Shown: piece after piece, positions 27,600 to 36,757 of the stretch
How the letters are laid out: each line of letters starts with the position of its first letter
Numbering within the stretch: position 1 is the first letter of the stretch
Assembly: GCA_964244735.1 (NCBI GenBank)
Contig: CAXTJT010000006.1
Span: 149,041 to 213,040, forward strand
Reading direction: 5' to 3'
DNA from: an uncultured Tardiphaga sp.
GTDB lineage: Bacteria > Pseudomonadota > Alphaproteobacteria > Rhizobiales > Xanthobacteraceae
Length of the DNA: 64,000 nucleotides
Translations under genes and position numbers: made by a program
Notes under the pieces: generated by a model
Told to the model about the DNA's origin: nothing
Databases searched by the model: none
What the model saw: the letters and a program-made list of their open reading frames with translations, nothing else

Positions 27600-29492
27600 T
27601 CAAGATCGGCCGCCGATCTTGGCCGCGCGCTCGGCGTCGTACCACCAGATGAGCGGCCAGCCGGATTGACCATATTTCGGCAGTTCGTTCGGCCGCCCGA
27701 AGCGATCCCATCGCGCGGTGCGGACCTTTGAGTACGTGTATTGCGGAACGACATAGTGATTCCACAACAGAACGCGGTCGAGCGCCTTGGTGGCGGCGAC
27801 GAGATCGTCGCGATCGCGCGTATAGATGACGCGCTCGATCAGCCTGTCGATCGCCGGATTCTTGATGCCGACGACATTGCGCGAACCGGCCATGTCGGCG
27901 GCGGCCGATCCCCAGAACTCGCGCTGCTCGTTACCGGGCGACAACGACTCGCCCCAGAGCGAAATCACGACGTCGAAATCCCAGCTTCGCAGCCGGTTCT
28001 CGTATTGCGTCGGATCGATGGTGCGGACGCTGACGGTGATGCCGAGGCGTTCGAGCGACGGCTTGTAGAACAGGCTGACGCGTTCGGCATTCGGGTCCGC
28101 GCCGAGCAGCTCGATCTCGAACGGCGACCCCGTCTTGGCATCGACCAGTCTGCGCTCGCGCACCTCGTAGCCGGCGTCCTTGAGAAGCTGCAACGCCTCC
28201 CGCAGATTGTCGCGCACCGCCTCGCGGCTGCCATTGACGGGATTGGTGTAGGGCTTGGTGAAAACCTCGGGCGGCACCTCGGCCCTCACGGTCTGCAGGA
28301 TTTCAAGCTCCTTGCCGTCCGGCAGGCCGGACGACGCCAGTTCGGTCCCGTCGAAATAGCTTTTGATCCGCGTGTATTGCCCGAAGAACAGTTGCTTGTT
28401 GATCTCCTCGAAATCGAACGCGAAGTTCAGCGCGCGGCGCACCCGCGCATCCTTGAACTTGTCGCGCCGGATGTTGAAGGCGAAGCCCTGCATCACGCCC
28501 GACGAACGATTGGTGAACTCCTCCAGCAGCACGCGCTTCTCGTTGACCGCCGGGAAATCGTAAGCCGTCGCCCAGTTCTTCGCGCTGTTCTCCGTGCGCC
28601 AGTCGACCTGATCGCCCTTGAAGGCTTCCAGCGCCACCGTGCCGTCGCGGAAATATTCGTAGCGCATCTCGTCGAAATTGTTGCGGCCGATATTCACATT
28701 GGTGTCGGCGCCCCAATAATCCTTCACCCGCTCCAGCGTCACGCGACGGCCGGGCTCGAACTCCTTGATGCGGTAGGGGCCGGAGCCGAGCGGCTTTTCC
28801 AGCGTGGTCTGCGAAACGTCGCGCTTGCGTCCGTCAGCGTCGGCGCCTTCCCACCAATGTTTCGGCAGCACGGTCAGTTGGCCGACGATCAGCGGCAGTT
28901 CGCGATTGCCCGGCGCATCGAAGGTGAACTTCACATCGCGCTCGCCGATCTTTTCAGCCTTCACGACGTGACGGTAATAGGCGGAATATTGCGGATGATA
29001 CTGCTTGAAGGCGTCGAGCGAGAAAATCACGTCTTCCGCCGTCACCGGCTTGCCGTCGTGCCATTTGGCATTGGCGCGCAGCCGATAGGTCACGGACGAG
29101 AAGTCTTCCGGATGGCTGACAGCTTCGGCGAGCAGGCCGTATTCGGTCGAGATTTCGTCGAGCGCGCCGGTCGACAATTGCTCATAGACGAAGGCGACGG
29201 CGCCGGCGATCGAACCCTTCACGCCGGAGACGACGATGTTGAAATTGTCGAAGGTGCCGACCGAAATCTGCCGCACCACGCCGCCCTTCGGCGCGGCCGG
29301 GTTGACGTAGTCGAATGTCTTGAAGCCGGCGGGATATTTGAGATCGCCGAACAGCGACAGGCCGTGCCGCCATTGCATCTCGGCGCCCTGCGCCGTCGCG
29401 GCTTTGACGCCGCCGATGGAATTGAGCGCGGGCGCGAAGGCAGCCACGGCGCCGCTTTGCAGAAGTCGTCGTCGGGAAATACCCAAAATCAT
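27600..29492 (-). CDS. yejA: Family-5 periplasmic substrate-binding protein YejA (copy 2)
   Basis: MILGISRRRLLQSGAVAAFAPAL signal. Colinear similarity to copy 1 (e.g. FDYVNxxAPKGG, YRxxRVExGR, VKDWWGA/VKDYWGA). Confidence 0.9.
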   Translation of the reverse strand: MILGISRRRLLQSGAVAAFAPALNSIGGVKAATAQGAEMQWRHGLSLFGDLKYPAGFKTFDYVNPAAPKGGVVRQISVGTFDNFNIVVSGVKGSIAGAVAFVYEQLSTGALDEISTEYGLLAEAVSHPEDFSSVTYRLRANAKWHDGKPVTAEDVIFSLDAFKQYHPQYSAYYRHVVKAEKIGERDVKFTFDAPGNRELPLIVGQLTVLPKHWWEGADADGRKRDVSQTTLEKPLGSGPYRIKEFEPGRRVTLERVKDYWGADTNVNIGRNNFDEMRYEYFRDGTVALEAFKGDQVDWRTENSAKNWATAYDFPAVNEKRVLLEEFTNRSSGVMQGFAFNIRRDKFKDARVRRALNFAFDFEEINKQLFFGQYTRIKSYFDGTELASSGLPDGKELEILQTVRAEVPPEVFTKPYTNPVNGSREAVRDNLREALQLLKDAGYEVRERRLVDAKTGSPFEIELLGADPNAERVSLFYKPSLERLGITVSVRTIDPTQYENRLRSWDFDVVISLWGESLSPGNEQREFWGSAAADMAGSRNVVGIKNPAIDRLIERVIYTRDRDDLVAATKALDRVLLWNHYVVPQYTYSKVRTARWDRFGRPNELPKYGQSGWPLIWWYDAERAAKIGGRS

Positions 29493-29699
29493 CAAATCCT
29501 GTTGGTGAACCGAAGCAGCGATTAGAGACGCCATATAAGGCGGAGGTTCGACCGATTATGTCGGTTTTTCCGAGGGATGCCAGACCTTGAGCGCGGCGAA
29601 ACGCCCCGTTTCGCCTTAAGTTTCGGTAAGGCGGGCGGGGCCGTCATTGCAAGGCGCAAGGTCCTCGGCTTCGAGGCACGCCGCGACGAACTCTGCCTT

Positions 29700-29730
29700 C
29701 AAACAACAACGGCCGGGACGAAGCCCGGCC
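29700..29730 (-). terminator. Putative terminator after cycM
   Basis: The minus strand reads ggccggg-cttcgt-cccggcc followed by gttgttgttt. Confidence 0.55.
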
Positions 29731-29754
29731 GCATATAACTCTAAACCCTCACCT

Positions 29755-30306
29755 TTACTTCGCTGCGGTCGGCAACGGCACCGGCGTGTCGGCCAGCGAC
29801 GCCAGATAGGCGATCACGTCGGCGCGCTCGCTGTCCTTCTGGATGCCGGCGAAGCCCATCGCGGTGCCGGGCACGTAGCCTTTCGGATTGGCGATGAACT
29901 TGTTGAGATCATCGAACGTCCATTCGCCGCCTTTGCCCTTCATCGCGGCCGAGAAGTTGAAGCCGGCGCGGCCCTCACCCTTTTTCTCGTTGACGACACC
30001 GAACAGGTTCGGGCCGACGCGGTTCGGACCGCCCTTCTCGAACGTGTGGCAGGCCGCGCACTTCTTGGCGGCAGCGGAGCCCTTCTCGACCGATGCGGTC
30101 TGCAGCAGCTTCTCGATCGGCTCGGACGCAGCAGCGGCCGCCGCCGCGCCGCCGGCGGGCTCCTCTTCCTTGACGGCGATGTCGTAGCCGGGCTTGGCCG
30201 GCTTGACCGGCGCAAAGATCGCCTGCGCGCCGATGCTCGTCACCAGCAGCATCAGGCAGGTTCCGAGAACCGCGCCCATCACTTTGTTGAGTTCAAAGGA
30301 GTCCAT
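29755..30306 (-). CDS. cycM: Membrane-anchored mitochondrial-type cytochrome c (CycM)
   Basis: N-terminal anchor NKVMGAVLGTCLMLLVTSIGA, Ala/Glu/Pro linker, haem site CAACH and distal Met region GTAMGFAG. 183 aa, as for Bradyrhizobium CycM. Confidence 0.85.
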   Translation of the reverse strand: MDSFELNKVMGAVLGTCLMLLVTSIGAQAIFAPVKPAKPGYDIAVKEEEPAGGAAAAAAASEPIEKLLQTASVEKGSAAAKKCAACHTFEKGGPNRVGPNLFGVVNEKKGEGRAGFNFSAAMKGKGGEWTFDDLNKFIANPKGYVPGTAMGFAGIQKDSERADVIAYLASLADTPVPLPTAAK

Positions 30307-30498
30307 ATTCGGTCAAGCCCAGTTCAAAAAGAAACATGCCGGAAAAGCATGCGATCAATCGGAATCGCCCGTTCGCAGATGCACACGCGACGAGTTTGAG
30401 ATAACGGTTTGCCTGCTCTCTTGCAACCCGTATAAGCGCGCGACCTTTCGTCCGTTAACGCGCAATTCCCTTATCGTTTCAGCCCTGTGCCCTCATCG

Positions 30499-31236
30499 AT
30501 GCCTCACGCCAACATCGTGCTGATCCCGGCCCGGATGGCCGCGACCCGTCTGCCCGGCAAGCCGCTGCTGGATATCGCCGGCGCGCCGATGATCGTCCAT
30601 GTGCTGCGCCGCGCGCTGGAAGCCGATATCGGCCGGGTCGCGGTGGCAACGGATACCGCCGCGATCGCCGAGGCCGTGTGCGCCGAAGGCGGCGAGGTGG
30701 TCATGACCCGCGACGATCATCCATCCGGCTCCGACCGCGTGTTCGAGGCTTTGCAGACGCTCGACCCCGGCGGCCAAATCGAGACCGTCATCAATCTGCA
30801 GGGCGATTTCCCGACCATCGCGCCGGACAATATCCGCGCCGTGCTGGCCCCTTTGTCCGATCCGGACGTCGCGATCGCGACGCTGGCGGCGCAGATTCAC
30901 ACCGAGGAAGAAGCCGCCAATCCCAATGTCGTGAAGGTGATCGGATCGCAGATCGCGCCCGATCGCCTGCGCGCGCTTTATTTCACCCGCGCAACGGTTC
31001 CCTGGGGCGACGGGCCGCGGTTTCACCATATCGGGCTCTATGCCTATCGCCGCGCGGCGCTGACGCGGTTCGTGGCGCTGCCGCCGTCGCCGCTGGAATT
31101 GCGCGAAAAGCTCGAACAATTGCGCGCCATCGAGGCCGGGATGCGGATCGACGTGACCATCGTCGACACCGTGCCGCGCGGTGTCGACACGCCGGCCGAT
31201 CTCGACACCGCCCGCCGCGCGCTGGCGAAAACCTGA
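30499..31236 (+). CDS. kdsB: 3-deoxy-manno-octulosonate cytidylyltransferase
   Basis: [35 protein letters not shown]...[11 protein letters not shown] 30499 preferred to GTG 30487. Confidence 0.9.
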   Translation: MPHANIVLIPARMAATRLPGKPLLDIAGAPMIVHVLRRALEADIGRVAVATDTAAIAEAVCAEGGEVVMTRDDHPSGSDRVFEALQTLDPGGQIETVINLQGDFPTIAPDNIRAVLAPLSDPDVAIATLAAQIHTEEEAANPNVVKVIGSQIAPDRLRALYFTRATVPWGDGPRFHHIGLYAYRRAALTRFVALPPSPLELREKLEQLRAIEAGMRIDVTIVDTVPRGVDTPADLDTARRALAKT

Positions 31237-31255
31237 GCGATTGATAGAAGATCCC

Positions 31256-32119
31256 ATGACAAAAACACTGAAGATCGCATTCCAGGGCGAACCCGGCGCC
31301 AATTCGCATATCGCCATCGCCGAGGCCTATCCCGGCGCGGAGCCGCTGCCCTGTCCCACTTTCGAGGATGCGCTGCTGGCCATCGCCTCCGGCGAGGCTG
31401 ACCTCGGCATGATCCCGATCGAAAACTCCCTGGCCGGCCGTGTCGCCGATATCCACCATCTGCTGCCGGACTCCGGCCTCTTCATCGTCGGCGAATATTT
31501 TCTGCCGATCCATCATCAGATGCTGGCGCTGCCCGGCGCGACGCTCGCGGACATCAAGACCGTCGAAAGCCATGTCCATGCGCTTGGCCAGTGCCGCCGC
31601 ATCATCCGCAAGCACGGCCTTCGCCCGATCGTCGCGGCGGACACGGCGGGCTCGGCGCGGATCGTCGCCGAGCGCGGCGACAAGACATGCGCGTCGCTGG
31701 CGTCGCGCATGGCCGCCGAGATCTACGGTCTCGACATCCTCGCCGAGGACGTCGAGGACGAGAACTACAATACCACCCGCTTCGTCGTGCTCGCACGCGA
31801 CGCCCAATGGGCCGAGCAGAATTCAGGCCCGCTGGTGACGAGTTTCGTGTTCAAGGTCCGCAACCTCCCAGCCGCGCTCTACAAGGCGATGGGCGGCTTC
31901 GCCACCAACGGCGTCAACATGACCAAGCTGGAAAGCTACATGGTCGACGGCAATTTCTTCGCGACGCAATTCTATGCCGATGTCGACGGCCATCCGGACG
32001 ACCGCAATCTGGCCTTCGCGCTGGACGAGTTGAAGTTCTTCTCGAAGGAATTCCGCATCGTCGGCGTCTATCCGGCGCATCCGACGCGCGCGACGTTCGG
32101 CGCGGCCGAGGTGGATTGA
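31256..32119 (+). CDS. pheA: Prephenate dehydratase
   Basis: MTKTLKIAFQGEPGANSHIA...NTTRFVVLA...ACT-like C-terminus. ATG 31256 chosen. Confidence 0.9.
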   Translation: MTKTLKIAFQGEPGANSHIAIAEAYPGAEPLPCPTFEDALLAIASGEADLGMIPIENSLAGRVADIHHLLPDSGLFIVGEYFLPIHHQMLALPGATLADIKTVESHVHALGQCRRIIRKHGLRPIVAADTAGSARIVAERGDKTCASLASRMAAEIYGLDILAEDVEDENYNTTRFVVLARDAQWAEQNSGPLVTSFVFKVRNLPAALYKAMGGFATNGVNMTKLESYMVDGNFFATQFYADVDGHPDDRNLAFALDELKFFSKEFRIVGVYPAHPTRATFGAAEVD

Positions 32120-32192
32120 GGCGGTTGCGCCGACGTTCGGCGTCACCTTTGCCGCAATTGCTGCCGTCACCATCCGCGAAAGCGGATGGCCC

Positions 32193-32306
32193 AGTATTCC
32201 GCAACGTCAACGTTCACACATCGGCGTCACGGAATACTTGGTCGCCCGGTCATCGGGCGCGACCGGACGACGAAGACGTCGCCGGCGGCCCTCGCCGGGC
32301 GATGAC
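32193..32306. repeat. Two adjacent small palindromic repeat units in the pheA/marR spacer
   Basis: agtattccg...cggaatact (32193-32239), and gtcgcccggtcatcgggcgcgac...ccgggcgatgac (32241-32306). Confidence 0.6.
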
Positions 32307-32324
32307 GGCTATGCTTGAGAAACC

Positions 32325-32840
32325 TCAAAACTCCTTCGCGAGCTTCGCCACCATCGCCAGCATCGCGCGATGCTCGGCAGGCCCGAGCACCGCGATCAGC
32401 CTTGCTTCGTGCTTCTCGGACACCAGCTTCTTCGCCTTCGCCAGCGTCGTGCGGCCCTTGTCGGTCAGGTCCAGCACATGCGAGCGCCGGTCGTTCGGCG
32501 AGCGCGCGCGCGTACACAGCCCGCGGCTTTCCAGCGCATCGAGCATCGCCACGAAGTTCGGCCGCAGGATGCCGAGCGTATTGGCGATCTCGGTCTGGTT
32601 GCGACCGGGATTGCGATCCAGCAACAGCAACACCGAGAACTGCGCGGGCGTCAGCTTCACCGGCGCGACGCATTTCAGGAAGTCGTCGAAGACCCGCAAT
32701 TGCGCCCGCTTCAGCGAATAGCCGAGCAACTCGCCGAGTTCGCCGAGGTCAAGCGCCGCGACAGGCTCGCTCGTGACCACGGCCTCGGGCGGCGGCGCCG
32801 CCGCGTCTTTTTTTCGCAGGCTCCGAGGCGATTTTTCCAC
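32325..32840 (-). CDS. MarR-family transcriptional regulator
   Basis: LTPAQFSVLLLLDRNPGRNQTEIANTLGILRPNFVAMLDALESRGLCTRARSPNDRRSHVLDLTDKG is a winged-helix MarR core. Start uncertain (GTG 32840 or 32846). Confidence 0.8.
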   Translation of the reverse strand: MEKSPRSLRKKDAAAPPPEAVVTSEPVAALDLGELGELLGYSLKRAQLRVFDDFLKCVAPVKLTPAQFSVLLLLDRNPGRNQTEIANTLGILRPNFVAMLDALESRGLCTRARSPNDRRSHVLDLTDKGRTTLAKAKKLVSEKHEARLIAVLGPAEHRAMLAMVAKLAKEF

Positions 32841-33036
32841 GGTCACTTCCGTCGCGTCACAAAGAGATGCCGAGCGTCCACAATCCGGATTATAAAAGCC
32901 GGCCGGCGCTGGCCTTCGCTTGAGATTACATCGCATAATTGTTATACGCCATATCAAATTGGCCCGGCGCGTTTCAATCGCCGCGGATCAGCGCATCGGC
33001 CTCGCGAGGCGCGATGCGTGAGGGGAGCGCCCGGTC

Positions 33037-34077
33037 TTGAACACGACGATCTTGCTGTTCCTGCTGCAGGACGGCATCACCAATGGCGCGGTCTATGCGC
33101 TGCTCGGGCTGGCGCTGGTGCTGGTGTTCGCGGTCACGCGCGTGATCCTGATCCCGCAAGGCGAGTTCATCACCTTCGGCGCGCTGACCTATGCCACGCT
33201 GTCCGCCGGCAACATGCCCGGCACGGCGAAGCTGGCGCTGGCGATGGGTGTCGTCGCCTTCGTTTTCGACATCGTCACGGCCCGCAAATCGCTGCGCGCC
33301 CGCGTCGTGGTCCGCGCGCTTATCTTGAACATTGCCCTGCCGGTGGCGATCCTCGGCCTGACGATGGCGCTCGCCGGCAAAGACACGCCGGTCGCGGTCA
33401 ACATCGCGCTGTCGTTGCTGATCACCGCCGCGATCGGGCTCTATCTCTACCGCATCGTGTTCCAGCCGCTGGCGCATACATCCGTGCTGGTGCTGCTGAT
33501 CGCGTCGGTCGGCTCGCATCTGGCGCTGCAGGGCTTCGGCCTCGTCTTCTTCGGCGCGGAGGGCCTGCGCGGCCCGACCATCTCGGACGCGGCCGTCACC
33601 ATCGGGCCGTTGCGCTTCACCGGCCAGAGCATCGTGGTCTATCTCATCACCATCGCGCTGATCGTCGGGCTGTGGCTGTTCTTCGGCGCCACGCTGTATG
33701 GCAAGGCGCTGCGCGCCACCGCTGTCAATCGCCTTGGCGCGCGTCTTGTCGGCATCCGCACCTCGCTGTCCGGCCAGATCGCGTTCCTGCTCGCCTCCGT
33801 GATCGGCGCGGTGTCCGGCATTCTGATCGTGCCGATCACGACGCTGTATTACGACACGGGATTCCTGATCGGGCTGAAAGGCTTCATCGCCGCGATCATC
33901 GGCGGCCTCGTCAGCTATCCGCTCACCGCGATCGCGGCGCTGGTGGTCGGCACGGTCGAGGCGTTCTCGTCGTTCTATGCCAGCAATTTCAAGGAGGTCA
34001 TCGTCTTCACGCTGATCCTGCCGGTGCTGGTGCTGCGCTCGCTCGCCGCGCCTGCCGTCGAAGAAGAAAAGGACTGA
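33037..34077 (+). CDS. Branched-chain-amino-acid-type ABC transporter permease (LivH family)
   Basis: Polytopic, with LivH-like ...GLKGFIAAIIGGLVSYP.... TTG start with upstream gaggggag. Confidence 0.85.
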   Translation: MNTTILLFLLQDGITNGAVYALLGLALVLVFAVTRVILIPQGEFITFGALTYATLSAGNMPGTAKLALAMGVVAFVFDIVTARKSLRARVVVRALILNIALPVAILGLTMALAGKDTPVAVNIALSLLITAAIGLYLYRIVFQPLAHTSVLVLLIASVGSHLALQGFGLVFFGAEGLRGPTISDAAVTIGPLRFTGQSIVVYLITIALIVGLWLFFGATLYGKALRATAVNRLGARLVGIRTSLSGQIAFLLASVIGAVSGILIVPITTLYYDTGFLIGLKGFIAAIIGGLVSYPLTAIAALVVGTVEAFSSFYASNFKEVIVFTLILPVLVLRSLAAPAVEEEKD

Positions 34078-34082
34078 GCGCG

Positions 34083-35849
34083 ATGACGCAGCGATTGCCG
34101 ATCCTGCTGTTCGCGCTGGTCATGGCCGCGATTCCGTTCGTGCCGGGCATGCCGCCGTTCTGGATCGTGCTGCTGGACAATATCGGCCTCGCCGCTCTGG
34201 TCGCGATGGGCCTCGTGCTGCTGACCGGCGTCGGCGGGCTGACCTCATTCGGACAGGCCGCATTCTGCGGTTTCGGCGCCTACACCACCGCCGTGCTCAC
34301 CGTGACCTACGGCCTGTCGCCGTGGCTGACGCTGCCGGCGTCGCTGCTCGTCGCCGGCGTCGCCGCCGTGTTGCTGGGCCTCGTCACCGTGCGGCTGTCC
34401 GGCCATTACCTGCCGCTCGGCACCATCGCCTGGGGCATCAGCCTGTATTATTTGTTCGGCAAGCTGGAATTTCTCGGCCGCAACGACGGCATCTCCGGCA
34501 TCCCGCCGCTGTCGATCGGCACGCTGCGGATGCTCGATCCCGGCACCATCTATTTCGTGATCTGGTTCTTCGTTATCGTCTGCGCGCTGCTCTCGATGAA
34601 TCTGCTCGACTCCCGGACCGGCCGCGCGATCCGCGCGTTGCGGCGCGGCCATATCGCGGCCGAGGCGTTCGGCGTGCAGACGGCGCGGGCGAAATTGCTG
34701 GTCTTCATCTATGCGGCCGTGCTGGCGGGCCTGTCCGGCTGGCTCTATGCGCATTTCCAGCGCGCCGCCAATCCGACGCCGTTCGGCCCGCAGGCCGGCA
34801 TCGAATATCTGTTCATCGCCGTCGTCGGCGGCGCGGGTTATGTCTGGGGCGGCGTGCTGGGCGCTGCCATCGTCATCGTCCTGAAAGAGGCGCTGCAAAG
34901 CTATCTGCCGGTGCTGTTCGGCGGACAGGGCCAGCTCGAACTGATCGTGTTCGGCGTGATGCTGGTGCTGTTGCTGCAGCTTGCACCGACCGGCGTCTGG
35001 CCTTTGCTGATGTCGATGATCCCGCGCGCCAAACGCCCGCGCCCCGACACCACGCCGCAATTGCCGGCGCATCCGGCGCGGACCGCTTTTGATGGCCCGT
35101 TGTTGCAGGTCAAAGCCGCGCGAAAACAGTTCGGCGGCGTCATCGCCGTCAACGACGTGTCGTTCGATGTCGCATCCCGCGAGATCGTGGCGCTGATCGG
35201 CCCCAACGGCGCGGGCAAGAGCACGACGTTCAACTTGATCACCGGCGTGCTGCATGCCTCCGGCGGAAATGTCGCGATCCGCGGCCGCGATCTCGGCCAA
35301 GCGCCGCCGCAGCAGATCGTCGGCCTCGGCATCGCCCGCACCTTTCAGCATGTGAAGCTGGTGCCCGACATGACCGTGCTGGAGAATGTCGCGATCGGCG
35401 CGCATCTGCGCGGCTCGTCCGGCGCGATCGCCTCGATGCTGCGGCTCGACCGCGCCGACGAGGCGAAGCTGCTTGCGGAAGCGACGCGGCAGATCGACCG
35501 CGTCGGCCTCGGCGAGCAGATCGACCATCTGGCGGGCTCGCTCTCGCTCGGCCAGCAGCGCATCGTCGAGATCGCCCGCGCGCTGTGCGTCGATCCGCAA
35601 TTGCTGCTGCTCGACGAGCCCGCCGCCGGGCTGCGTCACATGGAAAAGCAACGCCTCGCAGCTCTGCTGCGCCAACTCAAGGATGGCGGCATGTCGGTGT
35701 TGCTGGTCGAGCACGACATGGGCTTTGTGATGGATCTCGCCGACCGCATCGTGGTGCTCGATTTCGGCACCAAGATCGCGGAGGGCACACCGGCGCAAAT
35801 CAAGGCCAATCCCGACGTCATCAAGGCCTATCTCGGAGCGGCCGCATGA
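34083..35849 (+). CDS. Fused LivM-type permease / LivG-type ATPase
   Basis: The N-terminal ~320 aa are polytopic ([21 protein letters not shown]). The C-terminal half has [27 protein letters not shown] and [11 protein letters not shown]. Confidence 0.9.
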   Translation: MTQRLPILLFALVMAAIPFVPGMPPFWIVLLDNIGLAALVAMGLVLLTGVGGLTSFGQAAFCGFGAYTTAVLTVTYGLSPWLTLPASLLVAGVAAVLLGLVTVRLSGHYLPLGTIAWGISLYYLFGKLEFLGRNDGISGIPPLSIGTLRMLDPGTIYFVIWFFVIVCALLSMNLLDSRTGRAIRALRRGHIAAEAFGVQTARAKLLVFIYAAVLAGLSGWLYAHFQRAANPTPFGPQAGIEYLFIAVVGGAGYVWGGVLGAAIVIVLKEALQSYLPVLFGGQGQLELIVFGVMLVLLLQLAPTGVWPLLMSMIPRAKRPRPDTTPQLPAHPARTAFDGPLLQVKAARKQFGGVIAVNDVSFDVASREIVALIGPNGAGKSTTFNLITGVLHASGGNVAIRGRDLGQAPPQQIVGLGIARTFQHVKLVPDMTVLENVAIGAHLRGSSGAIASMLRLDRADEAKLLAEATRQIDRVGLGEQIDHLAGSLSLGQQRIVEIARALCVDPQLLLLDEPAAGLRHMEKQRLAALLRQLKDGGMSVLLVEHDMGFVMDLADRIVVLDFGTKIAEGTPAQIKANPDVIKAYLGAAA

Positions 35850-36580
35850 ATGCGCCTTTGCTGTCCGTCTCGGATGCCCACATTTCCTACGGCAAGGTCG
35901 AGGCCGTGCGCGCGGTCTCGCTCGACGTGCGAATTGAGGAGATCGTCACCATCATCGGGGCGAACGGCGCGGGCAAGACGACATTGCTCAACGCCGTGAT
36001 GGGCGTGCTGCCGCTGCAGGGCGTCGTGCAATTCGCAGGAGAGGACATCACGCGCCTCGACATCGAGGACCGCGTCGCGGCGGGGCTGTCGCTGGTGCCG
36101 GAGCATCGCGAGTTGTTCGCGACCATGAGCGTCGAGGACAATCTGCAGCTCGGCGCGTTCCGCATCTCGAAAGCCAAGGCCGCGACCGCCTTTGAGCGCG
36201 TCTTCACATTGTTTCCGAAACTCAAGGAGCGTCGCAAGCAACTGGCCGGCACCATGTCCGGCGGCGAGCAGCAGATGCTGGCGATGGGCCGCGCTTTGAT
36301 GGGCGAGCCGAAACTGCTGATGCTCGACGAGCCGTCGCTCGGCCTCGCGCCGATCATCGTCGCGGATATTTTCCGCACGGTGTCCGAGTTGAAGGCTGCC
36401 GGCGTCTCCGTGCTGCTGGTCGAGCAGAACGCGCAGGCGGCGCTGAAGATCGCCGACCGCGCTTATGTCATGGAATTGGGCGAGTTCATCCTCGACGGCG
36501 ACGCCGCCGACATCGCCAGCAACCAGCGCGTCGTCGCGAGCTATCTGGGCTTTCAGCACGACGGCGCGAGCGGGATTTAG
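35846..36580 (+). CDS. LivF-type ABC ATPase
   Basis: GANGAGKTTLLN, MSGGEQQMLAMGRAL and LLMLDEPSLGLAP. ATGA overlap with the preceding gene. Confidence 0.9.
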   Translation: MNAPLLSVSDAHISYGKVEAVRAVSLDVRIEEIVTIIGANGAGKTTLLNAVMGVLPLQGVVQFAGEDITRLDIEDRVAAGLSLVPEHRELFATMSVEDNLQLGAFRISKAKAATAFERVFTLFPKLKERRKQLAGTMSGGEQQMLAMGRALMGEPKLLMLDEPSLGLAPIIVADIFRTVSELKAAGVSVLLVEQNAQAALKIADRAYVMELGEFILDGDAADIASNQRVVASYLGFQHDGASGI

Positions 36581-36591
36581 TTCTTTTAAGC

Positions 36592-36750
36592 GCCCCCACC
36601 CCAACCCTCCCCCGCAAGCGGGAGAGGGAGTTCGCTGCCGATGCCGCGGCGCTGCCGCTTACTTCTCACAATGCCTGTCGTAACCGAGCAATCTGACACG
36701 CTAAAAGCCTGCCCCCTCTCCCGCTTGCGGGGGAGGGTTGGGGTGGGGGC
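36592..36750. repeat. Perfect 37-bp inverted-repeat pair (family C) enclosing 85 bp, between convergent livF-type gene and metH
   Basis: Left arm gcccccaccccaaccctcccccgcaagcgggagaggg (36592-36628). Right arm ccctctcccgcttgcgggggagggttggggtgggggc (36714-36750) is its exact reverse complement. Confidence 0.85.
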
Positions 36751-36757
36751 AATTAGA

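Noticed and set aside
32370-34082. Upstream 570 codons of the 1159-aa track ORF that ends as the LivM/LivG fusion.
   Set aside because: This part runs antisense through marR and out of frame through the livH-type gene. The real gene starts at ATG 34083, right after the livH-type stop.
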